A DNA stretch of 64,000 nt from Octopus vulgaris (lineage: Eukaryota). Positions 12,295-25,131 of this stretch are shown piece by piece. The stretch covers positions 73,842,001 through 73,906,000 of the forward strand of contig OX597816.1 of the NCBI GenBank assembly GCA_951406725.2, given 5' to 3'. Position 1 is the stretch's first letter; every line of letters starts with the position of its first letter. Position numbers and translations under genes: made by a program. The notes under the pieces are model-generated. The model searched no databases. It was not told the DNA's origin and saw only the letters and a list, made by a program, of their open reading frames with translations.

Positions 12295-13125
12295 CATCAT
12301 CATCATCATTTAACGTCCGTTTTCCATGCTAGCACGACTTGGACGGTTCGACCGGGGTCTGGGAAGCCAGGAGGTTGCACCAGGCTCCAGTCTGATCTGG
12401 CAGTGTTTCTACAGCTGGATGCCCTTCCTAATGCCAACCACTCCATGAGTGTAATGGGTGCTTTTTACGTGCCAGGAGAGGCTGGCAGCGGCCCCAATTG
12501 GTTGGTGCTTTATCGTGCCACTGACACAGAAGCCAGTCAAGGCGGCGCTGGCATCGGTCATGTTCAGATGGTGCTTTTTACATGCCACCAGCACAGGTAT
12601 CACAACTACAATTTCCATTTGATATTTATTTTGATGTTGATGTACTTGACTCAATAAGTCTCCTCAAGCACAGCAGGTCATGTGCCACCGGCACAGAAGC
12701 CAGTCAAGGCAGCGCTGGCATCGGCCACGTTCGGATGGTGCTTTTTACGTGCCGCTGGCACAGGTATCGTAACTACAATTTCCATTTGATATTTATTTTG
12801 ATATTGATGTACTTGACTCAATAGGTCTCCTCAAGCACAGCAGGTCACCCTACGATCCAAAGTAAGCACAGCAGGTCGTTCTGCAATCCAAGGTACTTTG
12901 GATGGGCTAGGGCTATGCGAAACTGGTGCAGGAAGCAGCCTGGGTCTTTGCAGTCACAGCATATCTCCAGAGATCTCGGTCTTTTGTCATTGCCTCTGTG
13001 AGGCCCAACGTTCGAAGGTCATGCTTGACTACCTCATCCCATGTCTTCCTGGGTCTACCTCTCCCCCTGATACCTTCAACTGTTTGGGAGTGGCACTTCT
13101 TCACACATCTCTCCTCTTCACACAT
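12295..13125 (+). mobile_element. Composite (CAT)n-flanked SINE with internal ~60-150 bp duplications, joined to a minus-strand RTE LINE 3' coding end (12930-13125)
   Basis: cagctggatgcccttcctaatgccaaccact motif, seen in many copies (9830-10110, 15700-16190, 17450-17810, 26365-26860, 49280-49990). RGRGRPRKTWDEVV..DRDLWR is an RTE C-terminus. Confidence 0.75.
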
Positions 13126-13494
13126 CTATATATATAAAATGTATTTGTATGCTTGTGTGTTTCTATACCTACTCTAATGCAAATTAAAGTTATGTCACCA
13201 TAAGTCAATGCTCTGCCTGAGCATAACTCAGATCTCACTTGGAGACAATGTGTCAAGTAGTAATCAAAGTCCGTTTCTTCTAAAAGATATTTTGTTATCA
13301 AGGTGATTATTTTGTGGGGCATTAACCTTATCTACACACTGCATTTACAATACAATTCATATATGCATACATACATACATATCTACATAATTAATAATAT
13401 CAAAGGGTAATCAGAAATATTAGAAATTTCTGTTACCAGTGGCCTAGCGTGTAAAACTTTAGTCAATAGACTATATATTATTCACATAAATACA

Positions 13495-13862
13495 GTGTAC
13501 ATTTAAACACATAAGAGGCATCCATCATAGGACTCTTTGTATGCTGGGGAGAACAGACAAATTCCAAACCACTGTTAGGGATAAAATTTCTAAGGGAATG
13601 AAAAATAAAAACATTTGCCATTTAACTCCTGGACCAATGGTTTCAGACTTTTTGTAGCAAATACCTGCTGAAGAAGACTTCGCCTAGCAAATTATTTTAC
13701 TTGCTAAAAAATGTCTGAAAAGCATTGGTCCAGGAGTTAGCTGGTAAATGTTTTTATTTTTCATTCCCTTTGAAATTTTACCTTAATAGTGGTTTGGAAT
13801 TTAACTGTTCTCTCTAGCGCGCAAGGAGTCCTATGATGGATGCCTCTTATGTGTTTAAATTT

Positions 13863-13866
<4 letters not shown>
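13495..13866. mobile_element. Fold-back PLE-type terminal remnant with apex HHR
   Basis: Arms 13495-13660 and 13701-13866; microsatellite flanks. Confidence 0.8.
13664..13734 (+). ncRNA. Type I hammerhead ribozyme (canonical CUGAAGA core, helix III damaged)
   Basis: CCUG-CUGAAGA-AGAC..UAGCAA/UUGCUA..GUCU-GAAA-agcauug-GUC/CAGG. The opposite arm preserves GAAACCAUUGGUC. Confidence 0.75.
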
Positions 13867-13925
<59 letters not shown>

Positions 13926-13928
<3 letters not shown>

Positions 13929-14863
13929 CTCTGTCTAGCTCAGTAACATGTCATTCATGTAAATTATTCTTTCAGTATTCTCTCATTACTCTGTCTAGCT
14001 CAAATATGTTTTTCGCTTAGTCTTGTCTCCCTGTTGCTCCCGATTCATAGCCACTTATCTTTCCCCTAAAATCATGACTTTCTCAGATTTTTCAAACCTA
14101 CTTTCTTGCTCACACGATTAACAGAACCTCTTCCTAGTTTATGGACTAGTTAGATTGCCTGACGAACTCAGATTTTACCTTTTTTCCCCCAAGTCTATAT
14201 TAATTATCAAATAATAAATATTATCGACACTGCCGTCCCCTTTCAACTATGCTAGTCAAAGTTCCTCACACCACTTCCTCCCACGTGTTCCTTGACCACC
14301 TCTTTCCCCCCCTCTCTAACTAACCCTGTCTCTCTCCCTATGTTTCTCTATGTCCCCCTCTTTCCATAACCACCATCGCCATATATAAACGAGCGAATGC
14401 ATAATCGGTAATCCCACTCGCTTCCAAATCCCTAACAAAGAATTACGCACAGCTCATGAACGGTTAAAGTTAAGAAATTCTTCTTTCAACCTCGCTTTCC
14501 TCTACCTTCTATCTTTGCACGTATCATCATTATTCTTTCATTATTCTTCGATTACTCTCTCATTATATTATTCTTCAGTACTCTCTCACTATATTATTCT
14601 TTCAGTATTCTCTCATTATTCTGTCTAGCTCAGTAACATGCCATTCATGTAAATTATTCTTTCAGTATTCTCTCATTACTCTGTCTAGCTCAGTAACATG
14701 CCATTCATGTAAATTATTCTTTTAGTATTCTCTCATTACTCTATCTAGCTCAAATATGTTTTTCGTTTAGTCTTGTCTCCCTGTTGCTCCCGATTCATAG
14801 CCACTTATCTTTCCCCTAAAATCATGACTTTCTCAGATTTTTCAAACCTACTTTCTTGCTCAC
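13926..14863. repeat. 750-bp pyrimidine-rich unit with ~190-bp terminal direct redundancy and internal 60-bp tandem repeats
   Basis: 13926-14113 recurs at ~14676-14863; 60-mer attactctgtctagctcagtaacatg... repeats; starts at (TA)n. Confidence 0.8.
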
Positions 14864-14990
14864 ATGAGCATGGCCGCAGTCAAAGGACTGAAACAAGTAA
14901 AAGAGTAAAAGAGTCCAAATGAAGATGGTGATAAAGCAGATGTAAAATGATTCATAAGGGGTCTGGAACATGTATACAGTCTATGTATAA

Positions 14991-15080
14991 AGTCTTACAG
15001 CCGTTTCGGAAAGATATAGGTCGCTATGGGCGAGCTAACTCCAATCATAGCAATACTCGGTATTTCTCTCATCAGAGTTA
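14991..15080 (-). ncRNA. Degenerate type I HHR
   Basis: CUGAUGA-gagaaaua...uaucuuucc-GAAA-CGGCUG-UA/AGAC. Helix I is weak. Confidence 0.5.
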
Positions 15081-15330
15081 ATAGAATCACAAGGTTCAAA
15101 TTTTAAAGGCTAAAGGTGTGTTACATAAAAATCAAATGTTTGATCGGACCATCATCTTTGGACATATGATATTAAACACAGTATATATATATATATATAT
15201 ATATACATATATATGGTGATTAGACATATTCTTTACAGAGCACTGAAAATGAACGACCACGCCTGTATGACAGTGATGCTCATTTACAACTATCACAGGA
15301 TGTCAAGAGAAGTGTGCAGACTAATACACA

Positions 15331-15380
<50 letters not shown>

Positions 15381-15615
15381 TTTTACTTGTTTCAGTCATT
15401 AGATAGCGACCATGCTGAGGCACTCCCTTGAAGAATTTTACTTAAACAGATCGTTCCTAGCATTTATTTTTTTTAAGCCTTGTACTAATTCCAACAGTCT
15501 CTTTTGCCAAATTACTTAGGAGGATGTAAACACACCAACATCAATTATCAAGCTGTGGGGGTGGAGAACAAACAGAAACAAGAGCGCACACACATATATA
15601 TGTATGTATATATAT

Positions 15616-15656
<41 letters not shown>

Positions 15657-16230
15657 TTATATATATATGTATATATTTATATATATATGTATATATTTGT
15701 ATCAGAACCAAAATCGAAGTCGATCAACATCAATGGAAATTGCAGCTGTGATACCAGTGCCGGTGGCACGTAAGCGAACCATCCGATCGTGGCCATTGCC
15801 AGCCTTGCTTGGCCCCATGCTGGTGGCACATAAAAAGCACCATCCGACCATGGCCGTTGCCAGCGCCACCCCAACTGGCCTCCGTGCCGGTGGCATGTAA
15901 AAAGCACCATCCGATCGTGGCCGTTGCCAGCCTCGCCTGGCCCCCATGCCAGTGGCACGTAAAAAGCACCATCCGATCATGGCCGTTGCCAGCTTCACCT
16001 GGCACCTGTGCGGGTGGCACATAAAAAGCACCCACTACACTCATGGAGTGGTTGGCATTAGGAAGGGCATCCAGCTGTAGAAACATTGCCAGATCAGACT
16101 GGGCCTGGTGCAGCCTTATGGCTTCCCAGACCCCAGTTGAACCGTCCAACCCATGCTAGCATGGAAAGCGCATGCTAAATGATGATGATGATATATATAT
16201 GTATAAGGATGAAAAGGAACACACGAGTTG

Positions 16231-16534
16231 ATATATATGAAAAAACAAGTCAAGATAGAAAATGCTAAAATAATTTTATAAAGAACATTTCAGTACCGGT
16301 TTCAGTCATTTTGAGACCTTTTCAACTGTTAAATAATTAAATTTTAAAAAATTTAAAGAAAAGTTCTTTTAAAAGAATATTTGTATAGTATTCAAATATA
16401 AGTAGCATTTTCTTTGTTTCTGCCTTTCACTGTCTCTCTTGTTTACACTTGTGCGTTCGAGGTCTCAAAATGACTGAAACCGGTACTGAAATGTTCTTTA
16501 TAAAATTATTTTAGCATTTTCTATCTTGACTTGT

Positions 16535-16548
<14 letters not shown>
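16231..16548. mobile_element. Fold-back PLE-type terminal remnant
   Basis: Arms 16231-16319 and 16460-16548; (TA)n flanks. Confidence 0.8.
16291..16328 (-). ncRNA. Minimal type I HHR (U3:A8 variant)
   Basis: CAG-UUGAAAA-GGUC ucaaaau GACU-GAAA-CCGG-UA/CUG. Confidence 0.75.
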
Positions 16549-16572
<24 letters not shown>

Positions 16573-17048
16573 GTATGTGTGTGTGAGAGAGAGAGAGAGA
16601 AATATAGGTTTAAGTAGAACAATTCAAACTTTTTTGAGAAGGAAGTAATTTCTAATAAAAATTTATCATATTCAGAAATATCCTGCTAGAGCAAGCAATA
16701 AGAATGTGAAAATAACAATTGAAAATGTTTGTTATAGGTATAAAGATACCCTGAACAATTATAAAAAGTGAGAAAAGATGTTAAAAATATCAAAATTAGA
16801 TTTAATAAGCACATACAAACGTTTCAAAGGGCAATACAAATATGTCAGAAAAAATTTATAATAATAATACTTATAATTAAAGTTATGTATTTTCATTCTC
16901 GTCAGTGTGAAGAGTTTAAGGAAAAAACATTCAAGAAAGTTATTAATAAAAATCAAAAAGCAAAAGCAAATGGGATAATTTTGATTTTTTAACATCTTTT
17001 CTCCATTTTTATACCTTTAACGAACTTTTTATACCTATAATGTACTGT

Positions 17049-17410
17049 GAAGGCGCATGGCTCAGTGGTTAGGGTGTTGAGCTTAAGATCGTGAGGTTGT
17101 GAGTCTGATTCCCAGCCTGGGTTGTGTGTTGTGTTCTTGAGCAAGACACTTTATTACTCCAGTTCACTCACCTGTAAGAATGAGTTGCAACGTCACTGGT
17201 GCCAAGCTGTATCAGACCCTTTGCCTTTCCCATGGAAAACATCGGTGGCTTGGAGAGGGGAAGCCAGTATCCATGGGTGACTGCTGGTCTTCCGTAAAAA
17301 CAACACTAGGTGGGGCATTCACCAGTGAGGTGACTTTCTGTCCAGATTTGTACTCCAGAGGGGAATCTCTTAGGTGCACCCATGGTCATTCCTGACTGAC
17401 AGAGTCAAGT
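17049..17410 (+). mobile_element. tRNA-derived SINE (second copy 54988-55330; related heads at 39237 and 39880)
   Basis: gaaggcgcatggctcagtggttagggtg..gtgagtctgattccc head; the body is shared between copies. Confidence 0.8.
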
Positions 17411-17417
17411 TAAGTGT

Positions 17418-17449
<32 letters not shown>

Positions 17450-18066
17450 AATCAAAATCAAAATCGAAATCGATCAACATCAATGGAAATTGCAGCTGTG
17501 ATACCAGTGCCGGTGGTACGTAAGAGAACCATCCGAACGTGACCATTGCCAGCGCTGCCCCGACTGGCCTCGTGCCGGTGGCACGTAAAAAGCACCATCC
17601 GATCGTGGCCATTGCCAGCCTCGTCTGGCACGTAAAAAGCACCCACTACACTCACGGAGTGGTTGGCGTTAGGAAGGGCATCCAGCTGTAGAAACATTGC
17701 CAGATCAGACTGGGCCTGGTGCAGCCTTCTGGCTTCCCAGACCCCAGTTGAACCATCCAACCCATGCTAGCATGGAAAGCGGACGCTAAATGATGATGAT
17801 GATGATGATACACACACACAAATATGTACCATAAGCATTATTTTTACAGTGTATATATTTACAATATTTATATATACATTATTTAGCAGTATTTTTCCTC
17901 TTGTTTCAGTCATCAGACTGTGGCCATGCAGGGGCACTGCCTTGAAGAAGTTTCACTTGAATGAATTGACCCCAATGCTTATTTCTTTTTTTGCTCAACC
18001 ACTAAGTTATGGGAATGTAAACACACCAACACTGGTTGTCAAAGATCAGTGGAGGACAAACACAAA

Positions 18067-18099
<33 letters not shown>

Positions 18100-19639
18100 A
18101 TTCTGAGTTTAAATGCTGCCAAGGTTAACTTTATCTTTCAGGTCAATGAAATAAAGTAAAAGTCAAGTGCTGGAGTCAATGTAATTGACTTATCCCCTCC
18201 CCCCAAAATTGCTGGCCTTGAGCCCTGCAAGATACTGATGTGGGAATACTTTAATGAGGTAATGTTGTGATCTCAGCCACTTAAATGCCATGGAAAACAG
18301 ATAACTGATCTTATGAATCATGGCGCTCAAGAACAGTATAACCCCCACCCCCGTATGCATGTGTGTGTGTGTATGTGCCTGTGCCTCTGTGTGTGTGTGC
18401 ATGTGTCTTCTTAATATCAGAGATAAGACATTTAGTGTAATCAAAAATTAAGCCACAACACAAATAAAAATACTGTAAACATTATGTAAAAATTAATGTC
18501 ATCTCAGCTCAAACATTTAAACAATTTCCTGTTGCTCAGGAAACATAAGATAAGCGAGTGTAGGATTTAGTTCCTCATCCTTATTCCCTCAATTTATCAA
18601 CCAAACTTTTCAAATGTCCTCACTGTAAATCTGTCTTTGAAACCTTCAGGGTTGCAGGTTAACTTCTATTTAATTTATGGGTTAGACAAAAAAAAAAAAA
18701 TTGAATGATGAATTTTATTTGTAATTATAGAGTAAAATACACATATCAGCCATTCATCATGTGATCATGTGATCAACCAGACTATTGGATGTTGTTATAT
18801 TATACATCGCTGGTCACATTGTGCTTTGCATAATTTTAGTTTTTGAATGATGCCACTCTATTGGCTAGGTAACCAGGTCAACATTCCCTCTGATTGGAAG
18901 GCTACTCTGTCACACGATAACCCAATTACAGCTGAGTGGACTGGAGCAACACAACACACAGCCAGTATGGGAATTGAAACTGCAATCTCATGATTGTGAG
19001 TGCAACACACCTAGCCACTAAGCCATGCATGCCTGCATTAAACATTCATAAACACAGAAAAATTGTTAACTTCATTTAATCATTTATTATTTCAGGTCAA
19101 AAGATTTCATCACACAATCTGCAACCTGGTCACCAACACAGTTCCACAGTAACTGGTCTGAGACGAGGTTGTTGACCAGTATACACATGGCTTCATCATC
19201 ATCATCATCATCATCATTTAATGTCCATTGTCCAAGCTGGCATGGTTTGGATGGTTTGACCAGGGCTGGTAAGCTGAGGGGCAGCACCAGACTGCAATCT
19301 GATTTGGTATACTTTCTACAGCTGGATTTCCTTCCTCATGCCAACCACTCCGAGAGTGTAATGGATGTTTTTACGTGCCACTAGGATGGGTGCCATTTAT
19401 GTCACACCAGTATCTGCCACAACTATGATTTCACTTGGGTTTATGGCTCTTCTTCTCGAGCACAGCATATTGCCAAAGGTCTTGGTTGTTTGTCATCACC
19501 TCCATAAAGCCCAACACTCGAAAGGTGATTTTTATGTGCCACCAGCACAGGTGCCAGTTACGCGACACTGGCATCAGCCATGACTATGATTTCACTTAGC
19601 TTGATGGGTCTTCTCATGCACAGCGTATCACCAAAGGTC

Positions 19640-20825
19640 TCGGTCACTAGTCATTGCCTCCGTGAGGCCCAACGTTCAAAGATCATACTTCACCACCATG
19701 CCCCATGTATTTCTGAGTCTACCTCTTCCACAGGTTATAGATCGGCACTTGTTTACACAGCTGTCCTCATCCATGTGCTTCACATGACCATACCAGCACA
19801 GTTGTCTCTCTTGCACACCACATCTGATGCCTCTTATGCCCAACTTTTCTCTCAAGATGCTTACACTCTGTCATACATGCACACTGACATTGCACATCCA
19901 GCGAAGCATGCTAGCTTCATTTCTTTCAGACCTACACATGTCCTCAGCCCTCACAGCCCATGTTTCACTGCCGTGTAGCACAGCTGTTCACACACAGGCA
20001 TTATACAGTTTGTCTTTCACTTTGCGAAGGAGGCCCTTTGTTACCAACAGAGGTCAGAGCTCTCTGAACTTTGCCCAGCCTATTCTTATTCTCGCAGCTA
20101 CACTCTCAGAGCATCCACTTCTGCTACTGACTTGGTCACCTAGGTAATGGAGGCTATCAACTACCTCTAGCTTACCCACCTGGCATTTGACGGAGTCTAT
20201 TTGCTGTCCATTTTTAGTGTTTATTGTAACTGTGCACCTTCCACACATGAAAATTATTTTCCCAGTTAACCTTCCGCTGATATTGCTGCACCTCTTATGT
20301 GTCCATAGCTTACACTTGGTACATCTTATGGGATTTCTGTCTTCACCTTTCCTGCAGATTAAGCAGGGCCATCTACCTGAAGGAACATTTGGTTTGCCTG
20401 CCTTCCTACTTACTAAGACTTTGTTTTTTGCTAGGTGAACTCCAAGGCCCTTTGATTATAGACCTTACTTCCACACCTGAAACTTCTTCTCTAGTTCTGG
20501 TAGTGATTCAACAATAAGAACATGGTCATCAGCAGAGAGGAACTCCCAGGGGCAGCCCATTTTGAATTCCTCTGTTATTGTCTGGAGGACTATGATGAAC
20601 AAGAGGGGGGGGGCGCTGATCACTGGTGAACCCCTACTTGTACCCTGAATTCATCACTATACTTGTTGCCAACCCTGAGCTTACTGACAGCATCCCTGTA
20701 CATGGCTTGTACAGCCCTCACCAACCACTCATCTATCCCTAGTTTCAGCCTTGACAACCAGATAAGGGATTGAGGCACTCAATCAAAGGCTTTCCCCATG
20801 TCAACAAAAGTCAAGTACAGAGGTT
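19640..20825 (-). mobile_element. Decayed RTE-clade LINE (RT and C-terminal region)
   Basis: LYLTFVDMGKAFD, RVQVGVHQ, LEVVDSLHYLGD..ARIRIGWAKFREL, with stops and frameshifts. Confidence 0.85.
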
Positions 20826-21186
20826 TTAAATATAGAGGGGGACAGTCACAATAACATACTAACACACACATATATCTGACGGGCTTCCACACAATTTCCA
20901 TCTACCAAATTCACTCACAAGGCATTGGTCAGCTTGGGGCTATAGTAGAAGACACTTAGACAAGGTGCTGTACAGTGGGACTGAACCTAAAACCATGTGG
21001 TGGCAAAATGAGCTTCTTAACTACACAGCTATGCCGGTACCCAATAAAAGTGTATGAATTAGTATCTAATTAAAGATGTAATAATCAGACATTCGTTAAC
21101 ATAAATAGAGGGGAGGAGATGGGGGAGAGGGTAGAGGGGGGGAGATGTCTTAGATGAAAAGAAGCCACCAAAGAATCATTACTCAC

Positions 21187-21251
21187 CCATTTGGTAAAAA
21201 TGGAGTTGATGTAGAATTAATCACGCCACTTATCCAAAAACGGTTGGGATC
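21187..21251 (-). CDS. NPL: N-acetylneuraminate lyase exon (DPNRFWISGVINSTSTPFLPNG)
   Basis: Polypyrimidine+CAG acceptor and GTGAGT donor, 65 nt, ends in phase 2. Matches the NPL/DHDPS-family N-terminal G-x5-TP(F/M)-x-xNG strand. Confidence 0.85.
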
Positions 21252-21648
21252 CTGAAGGAATAAAAGAAAACCAAAGTTTATTTTTCAAAAATATTTTTAT
21301 ACATTTATTCACGAGTACAACAGAATATGAAAAACAGGAAAAGGTTAGTGACAAGAAGACTCTAAAGTCTTGCATTAAATAAATGTCTGTCAAAAGCCAT
21401 GCTAGCCTTGCTAGGAAAACTGACATTAAACAAGGAATGGTAATGTATGAAGCTATCTCCATGATGCTTTATTTTGCCAACATCTATTCAATTTTAGAAT
21501 GTTACATATAAAAGTTACAAGTTTCTGAAGATTTGGTAATTAGTCTTACATTGTGTGATTAATAATCACCTTGTGTTAATGAAACACACACAAGATGATG
21601 TAACTAAATAACTTAGAAACAATCTCTCATGTTTTGTTTCATTTTATA

Positions 21649-21690
<42 letters not shown>

Positions 21691-22029
21691 CACTGGAGTG
21701 GTTCCAGGTTCAGTCCCACTGTATGGCACCTTAGGTAAGTGTCTTCTACTATAGCCTCGAGCTGACCAAAGCCTTGTGAGTGGATTTGGTAGACGGAAAC
21801 TGAAAGAATCCTGCCGTATGTGTGTGTATGTATTTGTGTGTCTGTGTTTGTACCCCCCACCATCATCTGACAATCAATGTTGGTGTGTTTATGTCCCCAT
21901 AACTTAACAGTTTGGCAAAAGAGACTGATAGAATAAGTACTAGGCTTACAAAGAATAAGTCCTGGGGTTGATTAGTTTGACTGAAATGACTGAAACAAGT
22001 AAAAGAGTAAATATGTGCACGTGCATGCA

Positions 22030-22079
<50 letters not shown>

Positions 22080-22927
22080 CATATATAAATGTGGTTTTGG
22101 TCATTTTGACTGCTCCTTCTAGCATGTGAGCCTGCCTGTTAAGGGTCACCCCTTTTGTGTTTAAATGTACACTGATTCACTAATTTTATATACATATATA
22201 TATATATAGGTTTCAAATTTTGGTACAAGGCCCACAATTTCAGGAGAGTGGTGGGGTGGAGGTAAGTCAATTACATTAACCCCAGTACAAAACTGGTACT
22301 TATTTTATCAACTTTGAAAGGATGAAAGGTAAACTTGATACTGGTGGTATATGAACTCAGAAAAAAGGCCACTAAAGCATTTTGTCTGACATGGTAACAG
22401 TTTTGCCAGATCACCATATATATATCTCTTATTATAAAAGGCAGATTTTATCTGCCTCCCTTTGGGAGTTATAGAAATCTACAATATAGGATTTCTTCAA
22501 TTACAATTTACCTACCATTTTTAAGAGTACAATGCATCGCGTCATGCCAGGTCCAGTTTTTAAAATTTAAACTCCAATTAAGCAAAATTTACAGAAAACT
22601 CACATTCTGGTGTGTGTGTCAAATGCTTTTCTTAGTCTGGTTTACACCACACGCAAACGCACACACACAGTGGGCAACGAATAAAATGAAAGTAATTCAC
22701 TTACTGTAGTGAGTGATTCTTTCACTCTGCCTCCCACTTCCTCTTTCCACACATAGACACGCAAATATATAAATAAAATTGTAAGCTAACGTGCGTGTGT
22801 GTGAGTGTGTGTGTGTGTGCGCGTGTGTGTGTGTGTGAGGGACGTGTGTGTGTGTGTGCGTGTGCGTGAGTGTGTGACAGGAAAGTTTTTTAAGACGAAT
22901 ATAAGACATATATCCAAGTAGCAGAAA

Positions 22928-23190
22928 GATAAGACAGTAAGGTGTGATTTGAGGGAGATTTGGCTGCTATTTCTACCATGTCTAGCTGCCATGTAGGGGT
23001 CTCCCTCATAGGCTCATACATACATATATACATAGATAAGACAGTAAGGTGTGATTTGGGGGAAATTTGGCTGCTATTTCTACCAGGTTTAGCTACCATG
23101 TAGAGGTCCCCCTCATTGGCTCATATATATATATACATACATAAGACAGTAAGGTGTGATTTGAGGGAGATTTGGCTGCTGTTTCTAACA
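22928..23190. repeat. Three tandem ~105-bp copies
   Basis: ataagacagtaaggtgtgatttgagggagatttggctgct at ~22929, 23036, 23141. Confidence 0.85.
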
Positions 23191-23562
23191 GGTCTGTTAG
23201 GCCTTCTCATGTAAACTCAAGCTTTCTCATGCCTTGAACATAAGACCAAAGCAGAGAATGTATTCTTTTATTCTTCTGCTTTTTCCAGCCATTGGTCTGT
23301 GGCCATGCTGGGGCAATGCCTTGAAGAATTGTAGTTTAATGAATCAACTCCAGTTTTATTTTTGTAAGCATTGTACTTATTCTATCTGTTTCCTTTGTCA
23401 AACCACTAGGTGACAGGGATGTAAACAAACCAACATTCGTTGTCAAGCAGTGGTGGAGGACAATCACAAGCACAGACACACACACACACACACACATACA
23501 TGCATACACATATACACACATACATACATACATACATATATATATATGTGTGTATATATATA

Positions 23563-23820
23563 TTGCAGCGTGGAAGCTGTTTGTAAGCCATTTAAGAAAC
23601 ACACAAAAACCGTTACATTCACTTCAACATTTAAATTTAATTTGCCAAAATATTTTCGTCGCTTTGAGACCGCGACCTGTTCACTGACAAAAATATCGTG
23701 CTAACAGGTCGGGTCTCAAAGCGACGAAAATATTTTGACAAATTAAATTTAAATGTTGAAGTGAATCTAACGGTTTTTGTGTGTTTCTTAAATGGCTTAT
23801 AAACACCTTCAACGCTGCAA
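23563..23820. mobile_element. Fold-back PLE-type terminal remnant
   Basis: Arms 23563-23681 and 23703-23820; (TA)n flanks; inserted in a SINE microsatellite. Confidence 0.85.
23644..23688 (-). ncRNA. Minimal type I HHR (G3:C8 variant)
   Basis: GUCA-GUGAACA-g-GUCGC ggucucaaa GCGAC-GAAA-AUAU-UU/UGGC (UGAC in the other arm). Confidence 0.75.
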
Positions 23821-23940
23821 CTGTTTTCGTTCCAGCACACGATCTCTTTATATATATATATATATATATATGTATATTGGTAAAAACAGTAAGATAACAA
23901 AAGAAAGAAAGAGACCTCAATATTATGTAAATAGAGGAAA

Positions 23941-24334
23941 TCTTTATATATAAAAGTGAGGTTGTGTGTCTGTCTCCTACGATTTAGATTCCTAACTACT
24001 CCCACATTTTGCGGTGCAGTTTAACCAAAACCGGGTATCTTATACTCGTGATTCATATCGAGACCGTCTGGGTATTAGCGCGCGTCTACGATGAGTCTAC
24101 GATTTAAAAAAAAATTTACCATCAATTTTTCCCATTTTTAATCCATTTTTGACATATATAAGGGAAGTAACTCTCTAAAATTTATTATTAAATCTCAGAA
24201 CGTAAAAAGCTACAGTAACACCCCTCCCCCTTTGTGGTTAGCCATATTGAGATGGCTATTATACTTTACATCTCTAAAAATGCTTATATAATTATTTCCC
24301 TTACAAACCCGAGCAACGCCGGGCGATACTGCTA

Positions 24335-24335
<1 letters not shown>
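23941..24335 (+). mobile_element. Non-autonomous Helitron
   Basis: A|TC 5' end, 3' hairpin cccgagcaacgccggg followed by CTAG|T. Confidence 0.85.
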
Positions 24336-24366
<31 letters not shown>

Positions 24367-24727
24367 GGTGGTGGTTGTCTACTCCTTATGCAGAGTTTGA
24401 CCACCTCCTCCTGGACCTACACCTTAGCACCATCATGGCATTTGATGTGGCTTTTTAAACCAGACAATATTCTGAAAGAGACACCCACATAGACTGCATA
24501 TCCAATTTGGACCACCAAGAGCTGCAGATAAGTTCTGATCTTTGTGGATCTTAAAATGTCTTTTGAGGCCTCTATTAGATTTGCAGACCTTCTAGCATAT
24601 ATTACAATAAAAAGCGTGCACAGAATCATATAGTCAGAATAGTTGGTGGAGGTTTGTTTACCATGGGTTTGCAAATGAGATTTGAGCCCAGCAAAAAGAA
24701 CACATGGTCTGTCACAAACATATATAT

Positions 24728-25131
24728 AGGCGTAGAAGTGGCTGTGTGGTAAGTAGCTTGCTTACCAACCACATGGTCCCGGGTTCAGTCCCACTGCATG
24801 GCACCTTGGGCAAGTGTCTCCTACTATAGCCTCAGGCCAACCAAAGCCTTGTGAGTGGATTTGGTAGACGGAAACTGAAAGAAGCTCGTCGTATATATGT
24901 ATATATATATGTATGTGTGTGTTTGTGTGTCTGCGTTTGTCCTCCCAACATCGCTTGACAACCGATGCTGGTGTGTTTACGTCCCCGTAACTTAGCGGCT
25001 CGGCAAAAGAGACTGATAGAATAAGTACTAGGCTTACAAAGAATAAGTCCTGGGGTCGATTTGCTCGACTAAAGGCGGTGCTCCAGCACGGCCGCAGTCA
25101 AATGACTGAAACAAGTAAAAGAGTAAAAGAG
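24728..25131 (+). mobile_element. Full-length high-copy tRNA-derived SINE with central microsatellite (many other copies, e.g. 21688-22010, 29313-29943, 35040-35405, 58460-58812, 63225-64000)
   Basis: gtggctgtgtggtaagtagcttgc..gggttcagtccc head; tail gtcaaatgactgaaacaagtaaaagagt. Confidence 0.85.

Noticed and set aside
13200-13280. Extra NPL exon (EETDFDYYL...)
   Set aside because: Gives a stop in the required phase; the 4488-4558 exon fills this position correctly.
15760-16030. CRISPR-like or novel array of ~60-bp repeats (also 26530-26800, 30995-31260)
   Set aside because: No unique spacers; these are internal tandem expansions of a common SINE in eukaryotic DNA.
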